Assembly: GCF_947241125.1 (NCBI RefSeq)
Contig: NZ_OX365700.1
Coordinates: forward strand, 3,916,461-3,940,460
From: Nitrospira tepida
GTDB lineage: Bacteria > Nitrospirota > Nitrospiria > Nitrospirales > Nitrospiraceae
DNA: 24,000 nucleotides
Direction of reading: 5' to 3'
The position numbers and the translations under genes are program-made. Shown piece after piece: positions 1-7,247 of this stretch. The first letter of the stretch is position 1. Every line of letters starts with the position of its first letter. Under the pieces are notes generated by a model. The model made no database searches, was not told the DNA's origin, and saw only the letters and a program-made list of their open reading frames with translations.

Positions 1-287
1 GTGATGGCCAGCACTTTGCCGTTCGCGATCTTGCCGCACACACCTTTCGGCAGAAACACATACGAATCAGGCTCGTTGTCTTTCTTGGCCATGCCGACGC
101 AGGAATGGAGGCTGGTCTTGATCGCGCAGTCGTTCATCCCGGCCTTGGCCACGCCGCCGCAGGCCTCCCAACCGTTGGGCAATTCCGGCATCTTGGCCGG
201 CTCGGCCAATGCCTGGGTCCCTGCCAGGCTCAATGCCGCGAGTAACGCGGAGTGCATCATGGCATTCTTCTTCGTATTGGCATTCAT
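1..287 (-). CDS. BufA1/DUF2282-like bufferin-type small secreted protein, 3' end outside window
   Basis: Minus-strand translation from ATG at 287, absent from the ORF track because it runs off the edge: MNANTKKNAMMHSALLAALSLAGTQALAEPAKMPELPNGWEACGGVAKAGMNDCAIKTSLHSCVGMAKKDNEPDSYVFLPKGVCGKIANGKVLAI. It has a signal peptide and four Cys in the pattern C..NDC...HSC...PKG.C typical of DUF2282. AGGAG lies just upstream of the ATG. Confidence 0.85.
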   Translation of the reverse strand, partial: MNANTKKNAMMHSALLAALSLAGTQALAEPAKMPELPNGWEACGGVAKAGMNDCAIKTSLHSCVGMAKKDNEPDSYVFLPKGVCGKIANGKVLAI

Positions 288-749
288 GTGAGACTCCTGT
301 GTGAAGGTGAAGGATCTTCGGAATATCGGTCGTGACTGACCGTCGGCGCTTCGGGACGGATTCAAGGTTCGATCATGCGGGCTCCTCCTTTCGCTGGTGC
401 GAGATATGTCGTAGGCTTCTCTGGTCGTGTTCCGGCCATTGGCTAGCGTCGTCGGATCTTACCGTTCCTACGGCCTGGTCGCTGTGAGGCAGCTTACAGT
501 CGCCTCTCGAAGTCCAGCCGTTGTTCCGGCTTCCCGAAAGCACGACGGATCCCGATGGTTCAGCCGTGATCTGGCATGCCTGATTAGGAGGACGCCCAGC
601 CATGGTTTCTTCGGTTTTCTTAAAAGGCCACATTGACACACTCTTGTATTTCTCAGACAATCCGGCAGGTTTTGCGCGTTTTGGGAGGGGAATCACTCGG
701 GATAGGCCGCCAGAAGGCGCGGCGTGTTGGCGGCTGACTTAATAGTTAG

Positions 750-1190
750 ATGTCACAGCAGCGCGCCGAGGCCATGCTGGAAAGCTTCAAGACCTGCGTG
801 CATCACCTCAAGCGGGAGACGTACGCCCTGTATTTGGCAGCTCGCCACCCACGCACGCCCTGGTACGCGAAGCTATTCGTTGCGGGCGTTGTCGCGTACG
901 CGTTCAGCCCGATCGACCTGATTCCGGATTTCGTGCCCGTGTTGGGGTATCTCGATGATCTGATCCTGATTCCTCTCGGGATTGTCGTCGCCATAAAGCT
1001 CGTTCCGCCCGAGGTGCTGGCCGAGTGTCACGCACGCGCACAAGAAACTGCGGCGAACGGCAAGCCCGTGAGCCGAGTCGCCGCAGTGGTAATCATTGGC
1101 ATTTGGGTGTTCCTGACGGCACTGTGCGCATTGTGGGCCTATGAGGCATTTGCGGTGGGCCATCATCGCGCAGAGTGGAAACGCCTGTGA
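750..1190 (+). CDS. YkvA/DUF1232 family membrane protein
   Basis: 146 aa with motif TPWYAKLFVAGVVAYAFSPIDLIPDFVPVLGYLDDLILIPLGI, diagnostic of DUF1232. Confidence 0.9.
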   Translation: MSQQRAEAMLESFKTCVHHLKRETYALYLAARHPRTPWYAKLFVAGVVAYAFSPIDLIPDFVPVLGYLDDLILIPLGIVVAIKLVPPEVLAECHARAQETAANGKPVSRVAAVVIIGIWVFLTALCALWAYEAFAVGHHRAEWKRL

Positions 1191-1248
1191 CATCTAACCA
1201 CGGCTTGCAGGCGAGACGCCAGAAGCGGCGCGCGCCTGAAGCCGAACG

Positions 1249-1659
1249 TCAGTCCGATAACTTCTTCATTGAAACGTACTTCCACACATCGACAATGTCG
1301 AACAGCAAGGATGCACCAATACCAAGGGAGAGCATGGTGAGATACGTCTGAAACTCGCCTTCGGCCCGGCGAAGGTGGACGAGGACATACGCCAATAATG
1401 GAATCCAGAACACATGACCCAATCCGAGTATCCGTTCGAACCCGAATTTGGCATACAGGCCCATCATCAGCAGGACCGACAGCAGAAACGTCACAAAGAT
1501 GACCTTCGCCAGCGGTTCGCTCCAGAACGCGAGGCTGGCCATATTCATGATCATCAGCGCGAGGACCCAGATCGGAATCCAGGCTGGCTGTTTCCTGAGG
1601 TCGCTGACAAACAGGAGAGGAATGCGCCACACATTCTGGTTCCATCGGGATTGGCTCAT
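1249..1659 (-). CDS. hypothetical multi-pass membrane protein
   Basis: 136 aa with about four hydrophobic segments and an ATG start. A coherent membrane-protein composition is preferred over the overlapping 208-aa frame. Confidence 0.6.
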   Translation of the reverse strand: MSQSRWNQNVWRIPLLFVSDLRKQPAWIPIWVLALMIMNMASLAFWSEPLAKVIFVTFLLSVLLMMGLYAKFGFERILGLGHVFWIPLLAYVLVHLRRAEGEFQTYLTMLSLGIGASLLFDIVDVWKYVSMKKLSD

Positions 1660-1795
1660 ATCTGTTTACTCCGCTGAGAAGGTTTGCCGCGTTCGGAGGC
1701 GCGGCGGCATCCGTCACGAACAATAGCCCGGTACAGTCCCACGCCGGTGCCGGCGTGGGACTCCCTCTTACTCGTTCTTTCCCTCGCAAAGAGGT

Positions 1796-2371
1796 TCAGG
1801 CCGTCAGACAACCGGTGCAACTCTCCTTGGCGCGCCAGGCCTGTGACGCAAACTGCCGATCGAGCGGCGTCTGCGCGATGTGATTCAGATAGTTGCTCAA
1901 GGTCTTGAGCGCGACGATCGTGAGAACATCCAGGAGATGCCGCTCGCGGTATCCCTCTGCGACAAAGCGATCAAGATCATCCTCCGGCACCCAGCCGCGA
2001 TGGCGCATGATGGACAGCACCAACGTTCGGAGTGCATTGAGCTTCCGGTCGGAGAGCGGCCGTTGATCCCGCAGTGCTGCAAGCATGTCCTCGGGCATGC
2101 GGACCATTTGCGCCACCGTGGAGTGGGCGCCCACGCAGTAGGCGCAGTCGTTCGTGGTGCTGACCGTGAGGGCCACCACCTGCTGTTCGACCGGAGAGAG
2201 CGCACTCTGTTCAAGGGCCTTGTTGATCGACGCATAGGCTTGCACTGCCGTCGGGGACTCGGCGAGTACGCCGAACAAGTTGGGAAGAAAGCCGTATTTC
2301 TTCGCGGTGCCTTCGAGCGTTGCGCGCGACGCCTCTGGAGCCGTCTCCTTCGTATGGACCTGAAACTTCAT
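1796..2371 (-). CDS. carboxymuconolactone decarboxylase / AhpD-like peroxidase-related protein
   Basis: Start at MKFQVHTKETAPEAS. Contains ALTVSTTNDCAYCVGAHSTVAQ, the CxxC-x3-H AhpD signature. Confidence 0.88.
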   Translation of the reverse strand: MKFQVHTKETAPEASRATLEGTAKKYGFLPNLFGVLAESPTAVQAYASINKALEQSALSPVEQQVVALTVSTTNDCAYCVGAHSTVAQMVRMPEDMLAALRDQRPLSDRKLNALRTLVLSIMRHRGWVPEDDLDRFVAEGYRERHLLDVLTIVALKTLSNYLNHIAQTPLDRQFASQAWRAKESCTGCLTA

Positions 2372-2423
2372 GGTGATTCTCCTTCTTCGACTGTGTGATC
2401 TTATGTTGTTCGATGAGCTCACG

Positions 2424-2644
2424 TTACCGGCCCTCCACGGCCATGTGCTTCAGCGCCTCGGTTGTGACGGGGGTCCCGCCGACGCCCCAGTCCCTTGAGG
2501 GGACCCCTTCGATGATGACCCAGGTCACGGGCCGCAACCCTTCTCCTTCAACCGACACGATCGCGTCCGTAACCTTGCGAATGAGTTCGGCCTTCTGCTC
2601 CGCGCTGAGATACCCACTGAGCCTTTCAATTGTGCGAGTGGCAT
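2424..2644 (-). pseudogene. 4-oxalocrotonate tautomerase-like gene with an apparent 1-nt frameshift
   Basis: Minus strand begins MPLAQLKG (Pro1 after Met, with GGGAGGTGAGCG upstream). It then continues in another frame as LSGYLSAEQKAELIRKVTDAIVSVEGEGLRPVTWVIIEGVPSRDWGVGGTPVTTEALKHMAVEGR-stop. The span is 221 nt, one short of a multiple of 3. Confidence 0.78.
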
Positions 2645-2716
2645 GCGCTCACCTCCCTTCTGAATTGAGATAGAAACCTGGTTCTGGGCTGATCGCTCCA
2701 CAACCGGCCGCAACAA

Positions 2717-3382
2717 TCACCTCCAGCCCCCGCGCGCAAAGAAGAGTCCCCGGTGGATGTCACCGATACTGACCATGCCGACGAGCGTGCCGCGATCCAC
2801 GACCGGAATCCGTCGCAAGTTCTTGAGCCCCATATACGACGCGGCCTCAAGGATGGGTGTCTCCGGCGAGACGGTCAGCGGGTTGCGGACCATGATCTCT
2901 TCGGCCTTCTTCGTCAGCACCTCGGGATCGTTCTGCTCCATCTCGAGAAAGTCCCGGCTGCGCACCGCATCATGAATGTAGTCGCCCAGGAGCCTGTCCG
3001 ATATTGCCGTTCGTGACGACGCAAAGGAGGTGCGGTCAGATGCGAGGCCGCAGGCCCGGCAAAACCGCAGGTGTATTCGCTGGAATCGGGACCCATTGCA
3101 ATCCCGGAGCAATGGGTGCCCCGGATTGTTTCGGGCTGAGAACGACGCAGATGGCCGCAGATCGTTCGCCGCAGTAGACAGGTCATGTCGGATAGGCTCC
3201 CAGTTGGGGTACATCGGCAGCATCACGTCGCGCAGAGTGACGACGCCGAGCAATTCGTGATTGGCGTTCACGATCGGAATCGCGCCGCAATGCCAGCACA
3301 ACATTTTGACGACGATGTCCCGCACGTGGTCCGCCGACGTCCCCGTCACCACTCCGGTGGACATCACTTCATGGATTCGCAT
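2717..3382 (-). CDS. CBS-domain pair protein interrupted by an in-frame repeat element
   Basis: MRIHEVMSTGVVTGTSADHVRDIVVKMLCWHCGAIPIVNANHELLGVVTLRDVMLP... and ...EEIMVRNPLTVSPETPILEAASYMGLKNLRRIPVVDRGTLVGMVSIGDI are two CBS halves. They are separated by about 70 low-similarity residues encoded by the inserted element. GGAGG precedes the ATG at 3382. Confidence 0.85.
   Translation of the reverse strand: MRIHEVMSTGVVTGTSADHVRDIVVKMLCWHCGAIPIVNANHELLGVVTLRDVMLPMYPNWEPIRHDLSTAANDLRPSASFSARNNPGHPLLRDCNGSRFQRIHLRFCRACGLASDRTSFASSRTAISDRLLGDYIHDAVRSRDFLEMEQNDPEVLTKKAEEIMVRNPLTVSPETPILEAASYMGLKNLRRIPVVDRGTLVGMVSIGDIHRGLFFARGGWR
2990..3199. mobile_element. MITE-like element with IS1182-type ends, inserted inside the CBS gene
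   Basis: Left end GAGCCTGTCCGATATT, right end (reverse complement) GAGCCTATCCGACATG. Both sides carry the 4-nt direct repeat CCAG (2986-2989 and 3200-3203). Contains the palindrome core also found in the repeats at 3.5 and 5.6 kb. Confidence 0.75.
3094..3120 (-). repeat. 27-nt palindromic core, copy 1
   Basis: ACCCATTGCaatcccggaGCAATGGGT, a 9-bp perfect inverted repeat. Its reverse complement ACCCATTGCTCCGGGATTGCAATGGGT matches the copy near 5.6 kb. Confidence 0.75.
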
Positions 3383-3459
3383 GGGAGCCTCCATTCTCTC
3401 CGCTAAGCGTGTTCACTCGACGCCGGTCCTGCCGGCGCACCGGTTCGTGCAGGGTCCGG

Positions 3460-3638
3460 CCTAACCTGTATTATTCATGAACGCTTCTGCTGCTTAAGCC
3501 CATTGCAACGGACGAGCAATGGGTCCAGCGCGTGGCGACTGCCGGGTACCCGTTGCCGGGGTACCCATCGCTCCTCTTGCAATGGGTCGATCTGCAACGG
3601 GTGCAACGCGACGAACCGTCATGAGTAATGCAGGCTAG
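3460..3638. repeat. short element A with terminal inverted repeats, interrupted at its right end by the IS
   Basis: Left CCTAACCTGTATTATTCATGA; right end reverse complement CTAGCCTGCATTACTCATGA. The differences are transitions. Internal palindromes include CCCATTGC...GCAATGGG and CCCATCGCTCCTCTTGCAATGGG. Confidence 0.7.
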
Positions 3639-5252
3639 GAGCTTGTCCGACATTGACCTGAGCACAGCATGGGCATTCCGGTTAATCCCATCTACGCACA
3701 GCTACAGACGGATTGACCTGGCGACTTTCGACTACCCCTGGGTTTTCCGCTCCGCCTTCCGGCTTCTGCCCAAGGCCCGCAGCCCCTCGCCGGGGCGTTG
3801 GCGACGATGGCGCAGGGCAGTCCAGAGTTTGAGCACATTATGCGTGGTACAGATGAGCGCCCATTCCCCGCGCACCTGCCGCATCCCGCGCAACAAGAAC
3901 TGTCGATAGCCGCGGCCCTGCTTGATCTGGCCGAAGACCGGCTCGACGATCGCTTTGCGCCGGGCGTAGAGTCGTCGTCCGCGTGTGGTCCGGAGGGTGC
4001 GGCGCATCCGATCCGCCACCGACAGGCCCGCTGGCGGTCGGCCCCGGGGCGCGGCGGGTATCGCCTGGCTGTGGCGGTGGCGATCCGGCGGGATGAGTGG
4101 CCGACACCCCAGCGCCGTGAGGGCCGTGACGTTCGCCTCGCTGAAATAGCCCGCATCCATACTCACGGTCCGCGGGACCTGACCGGTCTGGGCCAGTACC
4201 TGGGTCAGCATCGGCTGCGCTTGCTGCTTGTCATTCGCTTCATCGGTGACGTCGGCCGCGACAATGATCTGCGTCCTCGCATCGACGGCCGCTTGGCAGT
4301 TGTACCCTTGGACGACGCTCCCCTTGGCGTTCGACGCCGGCATAATCCGGCTCTCGGGATCCGTGAAGTTGCGCTGCGCCTTCGGATGGGGCACCGGGCT
4401 GGGGGGCTGCGGCGGCCGTCCCCGGCGCGGTCTTTCTGCCTTGCGCCCCTCGTGTGCCGCCTATGTGAGGGCGGCCTCCGCCTGGGCCTCCTGCTCCAGC
4501 ACCGCCTTGGCCGCCCGAATGGTCTCCAGCCGTTGCTCCCGGCGCGCCAGTTCGGCGGGCAGTTCATCACCCCGCCGGTCAGGGCCATACGCCGCATCAT
4601 CCCGCGCATCCGCCGCCTCGGCCTGCGTCAACAGCCGCTGGACTTCCGCCGTGAGCCGCGCCTCTTCCGTCACCATCCGTCCATAGCTCATCGCCTTATG
4701 CTTCGACGCATTCGCCTTGATCTTCGTCCCATCCAGCGCGATATGCCCCAGCTTGACCAAGCCCGCCCGCTGGCAGAGTTTCAGGACCTGCACAAACAGA
4801 TCGGCCAGCGCCGTCAGATGCTGCTTCCGAAAATCACTGAGGGTCCGGAAATCCGGCCGCTGATTCGCCGCCAGCACTCGAAAGGCCACATCCTCCTCCA
4901 ACTTCCGCGCAATCTGCCGCGAGGCCGGAATCCCCACGGCATAGGCATAGAGCAGCACCTTCACCAGCAGCTGCGGGTGATACGGTGCCGTGCCGCGCGT
5001 CACCCCACCATAGGTCGCCAGGATGGGTTGGAGATTCAATTCCTCCACCAGATCAGCCAGGAAGTACGCCAGGTGGTCTTCCGGCAACCAGTCGCGGGGT
5101 GACGGCGGCAACAGCCACAGCTCATCGGGATCATAGGGACGAAAGGTCCGAGTCGTCATCACGCAGCCTCCTCGCTCATCACGATGCTGCATGGCTGATA
5201 CACGAGTCAGAGCCTGCACACAAGTGCGTTGGGGCTAATGTCGGACAGGCTC
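3639..5252 (-). mobile_element. IS1182-family insertion sequence, about 1.6 kb
   Basis: Terminal inverted repeats GAGCTTGTCCGACATT (left) and GAGCCTGTCCGACATT (right, reverse complement) match at 15/16. Direct repeats CTAG lie at 3635-3638 and 5253-5256. The transposase is inside. Confidence 0.88.
3732..5159 (-). pseudogene. IS1182-family transposase with one in-frame TAG (4461-4463)
   Basis: N-terminal part MTTRTFRPYDPDELWLLPPSPRDWLPEDHLAYFLADLVEEL...LDGTKIKANASKHKAMSY. C-terminal part PHPKAQRNFTDPESRIMPASNAKGSVVQGYNCQAAVD...DAGYFSEAN...GYRQFLLRGMRQVRGEWALICTTHNVLKL. Both parts are in the same frame. Manual translation between them reads ...AEAALT*AAHEGRKAERPRRGRPPQPPSPVPHPKAQRNFTDPES. Confidence 0.88.
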
Positions 5253-5273
5253 CTAGCGGGCCCGCTCCGGCGC

Positions 5274-5447
5274 TCAAGCAAGATGGTATTGCGCCCGGCA
5301 CGTTTCACATCGCACCAGCCAGAGACAGCCGTCCGGGTAGTAATCGCATTGGAGCACCGGCACCAATTCATGATTGCCACACATCGGACAGGGCAGTTGG
5401 TGGAGTTGGAGACGAAGTGCGATTTCCGGTTCGTCTTGTAGTGCCAT
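5274..5447 (-). CDS. small zinc-ribbon-like hypothetical protein
   Basis: 57 aa MALQDEPEIALRLQLHQLPCPMCGNHELVPVLQCDYYPDGCLWLVRCETCRAQYHLA, with paired CxxC motifs. GGAGAC lies upstream. Confidence 0.55.
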   Translation of the reverse strand: MALQDEPEIALRLQLHQLPCPMCGNHELVPVLQCDYYPDGCLWLVRCETCRAQYHLA

Positions 5448-5518
5448 GGGGCGTCTCCTACCTCGGGACATCCTCAATCAGCCGTGGGAAGAGGTGATCG
5501 TTTCGACCATGCTTCCCG

Positions 5519-5820
5519 CCTTAGCCCACATTATTCATGAACGCTTCTACTGCAACCGCCGATACACCGCGGGGCACCCGTTGCTCCCAGATTGCAACGG
5601 GTCCCTGGCCAGCATGCGAAGTCGAAGGTAACGTGCATCTCCGCCGCGAGATAATCGAACGCGGCGGTTCAAGCAAAGCTTGGTATGGCGGGCAGGCTCG
5701 CCCCTCAAGGCCTCAACATACTGTTTCAAGTATGCCTCCGTCCTTCGCAGCTCCGCTTGCCCGTCTCGCCTGGCGTCTTGTCGGTTTCGTCACGAACCGT
5801 CATCAATAATGTGGGTTAGG
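5519..5820. repeat. short element B with terminal inverted repeats and the palindromic core
   Basis: Left CCTTAGCCCACATTATTCATGA; right (reverse complement) CCTAACCCACATTATTGATGA. Contains GGGCACCCGTTGCTCCCAGATTGCAACGGGTCCC. It shares ATTATTCATGAACGCTTCTRCTGC with element A. Confidence 0.78.
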
Positions 5821-6028
5821 CGGCCACGAGCTTTGTCATCAGAGGGCTGGAGGCTGTGAGAGGCTCCGGCGCCTCGGTTGACCGCTTCCTGTTTTTGAGA
5901 ATCGTCGCATCAATGATATTGCCGCAGAGCAGGCAACGATACCCATTCGCGCAGATCTCGCCGTTCGTCTCTTGCAGATCACAAATCTGCTCGCCGACCA
6001 TCAGGCCATCGCATCGTTCGCAGGTCAT
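5816..6028 (-). CDS. small zinc-ribbon-like hypothetical protein
   Basis: 70 aa MTCERCDGLMVGEQICDLQETNGEICANGYRCLLCGNIIDATILKNRKR..., with paired CxxC motifs and AAGGAGG upstream. Confidence 0.72.
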   Translation of the reverse strand: MTCERCDGLMVGEQICDLQETNGEICANGYRCLLCGNIIDATILKNRKRSTEAPEPLTASSPLMTKLVAA

Positions 6029-6284
6029 GACGCGCCTCCTTGTAAGGAAGAGGTTTGTTCGTGTGCTGGCGCGATCCTACCTGTTGATGCGCCATCCATC
6101 TGTAAGGCACCTCACCGGTTGCGAAAGAGAATTGCCGCGTGCGTGTTTGTAAGCGAGACTACAGATGGATTGATGGGAGTCGCGGTAGCGTGCGGAGGTT
6201 CAGGATAGTCGTGCCGCCTCCGGTCAATGAGTGAGGCGGAGGCGCTCTCGTCATTCACCCACTGTTTTTCGAAAGGAGTGCATC

Positions 6285-6642
6285 ATGTCCAAAGTGGCGA
6301 TTGTTATTCTGGCCGATACGGACACCCATGAGGGGCTGGGCCGGGTGGTGAACGCGTTGGAGGCCGTCAAGGAATTCAAGGACGGCCACGACGACGTCCA
6401 ACTGATTTTCGACGGCGCAGGGCCCAATGTGGATCGTGGAATTGGAGAAGCCCGATCACAAGCTGCACGGGCTCTACAACGCGGTGAAGGATCGGATCGG
6501 CGGCGCGTGCGAGTTTTGTGCCGGAGCCTTCGGCGTGAAAGACAAAGTCGTCGCATGTGGAGTGAAGCTGGCGGGAGAATATGACGGCCATCCGAGCTTC
6601 AAGAAGCTGGTGTCGGCGGGCTATCAGGTCATCACGTTTTAG
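6285..6642 (+). pseudogene. DsrE-like cytosolic protein with an apparent 1-nt frameshift
   Basis: Frame 1 from ATG 6285: MSKVAIVILADTDTHEGLGRVVNALEAVKEFKDGHDDVQLIFDGAG. It continues in the next frame as PMWIVELEKPDHKLHGLYNAVKDRIGGACEFCAGAFGVKDKVVACGVKLAGEYDGHPSFKKLVSAGYQVITF-stop. The junction is at GCAGGGCCCAATG. AAAGGAG lies upstream. Confidence 0.82.
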
Positions 6643-6655
6643 CCTGTCTGTCCAA

Positions 6656-6686
6656 GGTCGGGGTGGAGAGTATTCTATCCCCGACC
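6656..6686. terminator. possible bidirectional hairpin between convergent genes
   Basis: GGTCGGGG (6656-6663) pairs with CCCCGACC (6679-6686). There is no clear T tract. Confidence 0.35.
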
Positions 6687-6704
6687 CACCGACTCGATGA
6701 TCTC

Positions 6705-7247
6705 TCAATACACGATTATCCGGTCCGCTTCAGAGAAGAGCTGGACCATCCGATCGAGCGAAACGGGGGTAATGGAGGTCGCCACCCGATCAAGATCGAT
6801 CTTGTAGAGTAGCATCATGGTCCGGTTGCCGTAAATTTCGACTCCCAGCTTGCGCTTGAGGATCTCAAAGTACTCGCCGTAATTATGCGGGACCTGCTCC
6901 AAGGGTACGCCCATCTGTTCGGAGACGCTCTGCCGTTCTCGCTCCGGCAGCCCCGCTCGATCGAGCGCGGTACTCTCCGAACCGACCAGTCTGCGAAAAA
7001 AGCCAAACCCCTTGGTCACTGACGTCACCGCGCTGGCATCAACCAGAATTGTCACCCTATGGCCCGCCTTGACGGCCGCCCAAGCCACATTCGGCACGGC
7101 GCAGATTTGCGCGTCGTCCTCGGCCAGTGACGTCTTCATGTGGATGAGGATGCGGGACTGGTTCGTTTGTTGCGCCTCCACCGAAGCAGTCCCTATCAGC
7201 AGACTCACGGCCAAGGCACAGATGACGCTATAGCCTCTCGTCCTCAT
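6705..7247 (-). CDS. exported DsrE-like family protein
   Basis: N-terminal signal sequence MRTRGYSVICALAVSLLIGTASVEAQ, followed by RILIHMKTSLAEDDAQICAVPNVAWAAVKAGHRVTILVDASAV, a DsrE-fold-like pattern. Confidence 0.72.
   Translation of the reverse strand: MRTRGYSVICALAVSLLIGTASVEAQQTNQSRILIHMKTSLAEDDAQICAVPNVAWAAVKAGHRVTILVDASAVTSVTKGFGFFRRLVGSESTALDRAGLPERERQSVSEQMGVPLEQVPHNYGEYFEILKRKLGVEIYGNRTMMLLYKIDLDRVATSITPVSLDRMVQLFSEADRIIVY

Noticed and set aside
373-696. 107-aa minus and 69-aa plus ORFs between bufA-like and YkvA genes
   Set aside because: No family motif, convincing start context or strand consistency; probably non-coding.
1163-1789. 208-aa minus-strand ORF
   Set aside because: The overlapping 1249-1659 frame has a coherent membrane-protein pattern. 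The longer frame is compositionally odd and overlaps the end of the YkvA gene.
3040-3640. Possible CRISPR because of repeated GCAAYGGGT words
   Set aside because: Spacing is irregular, units are palindromic with terminal inverted repeats, there are no uniform spacers and no cas genes. It fits REP/MITE-type repeats better.
3798-5102. 434-aa plus-strand ORF
   Set aside because: Antisense to the IS1182 transposase. Its Arg/Pro/Gly-rich composition is a shadow of the high-GC coding strand, with no recognisable domain.
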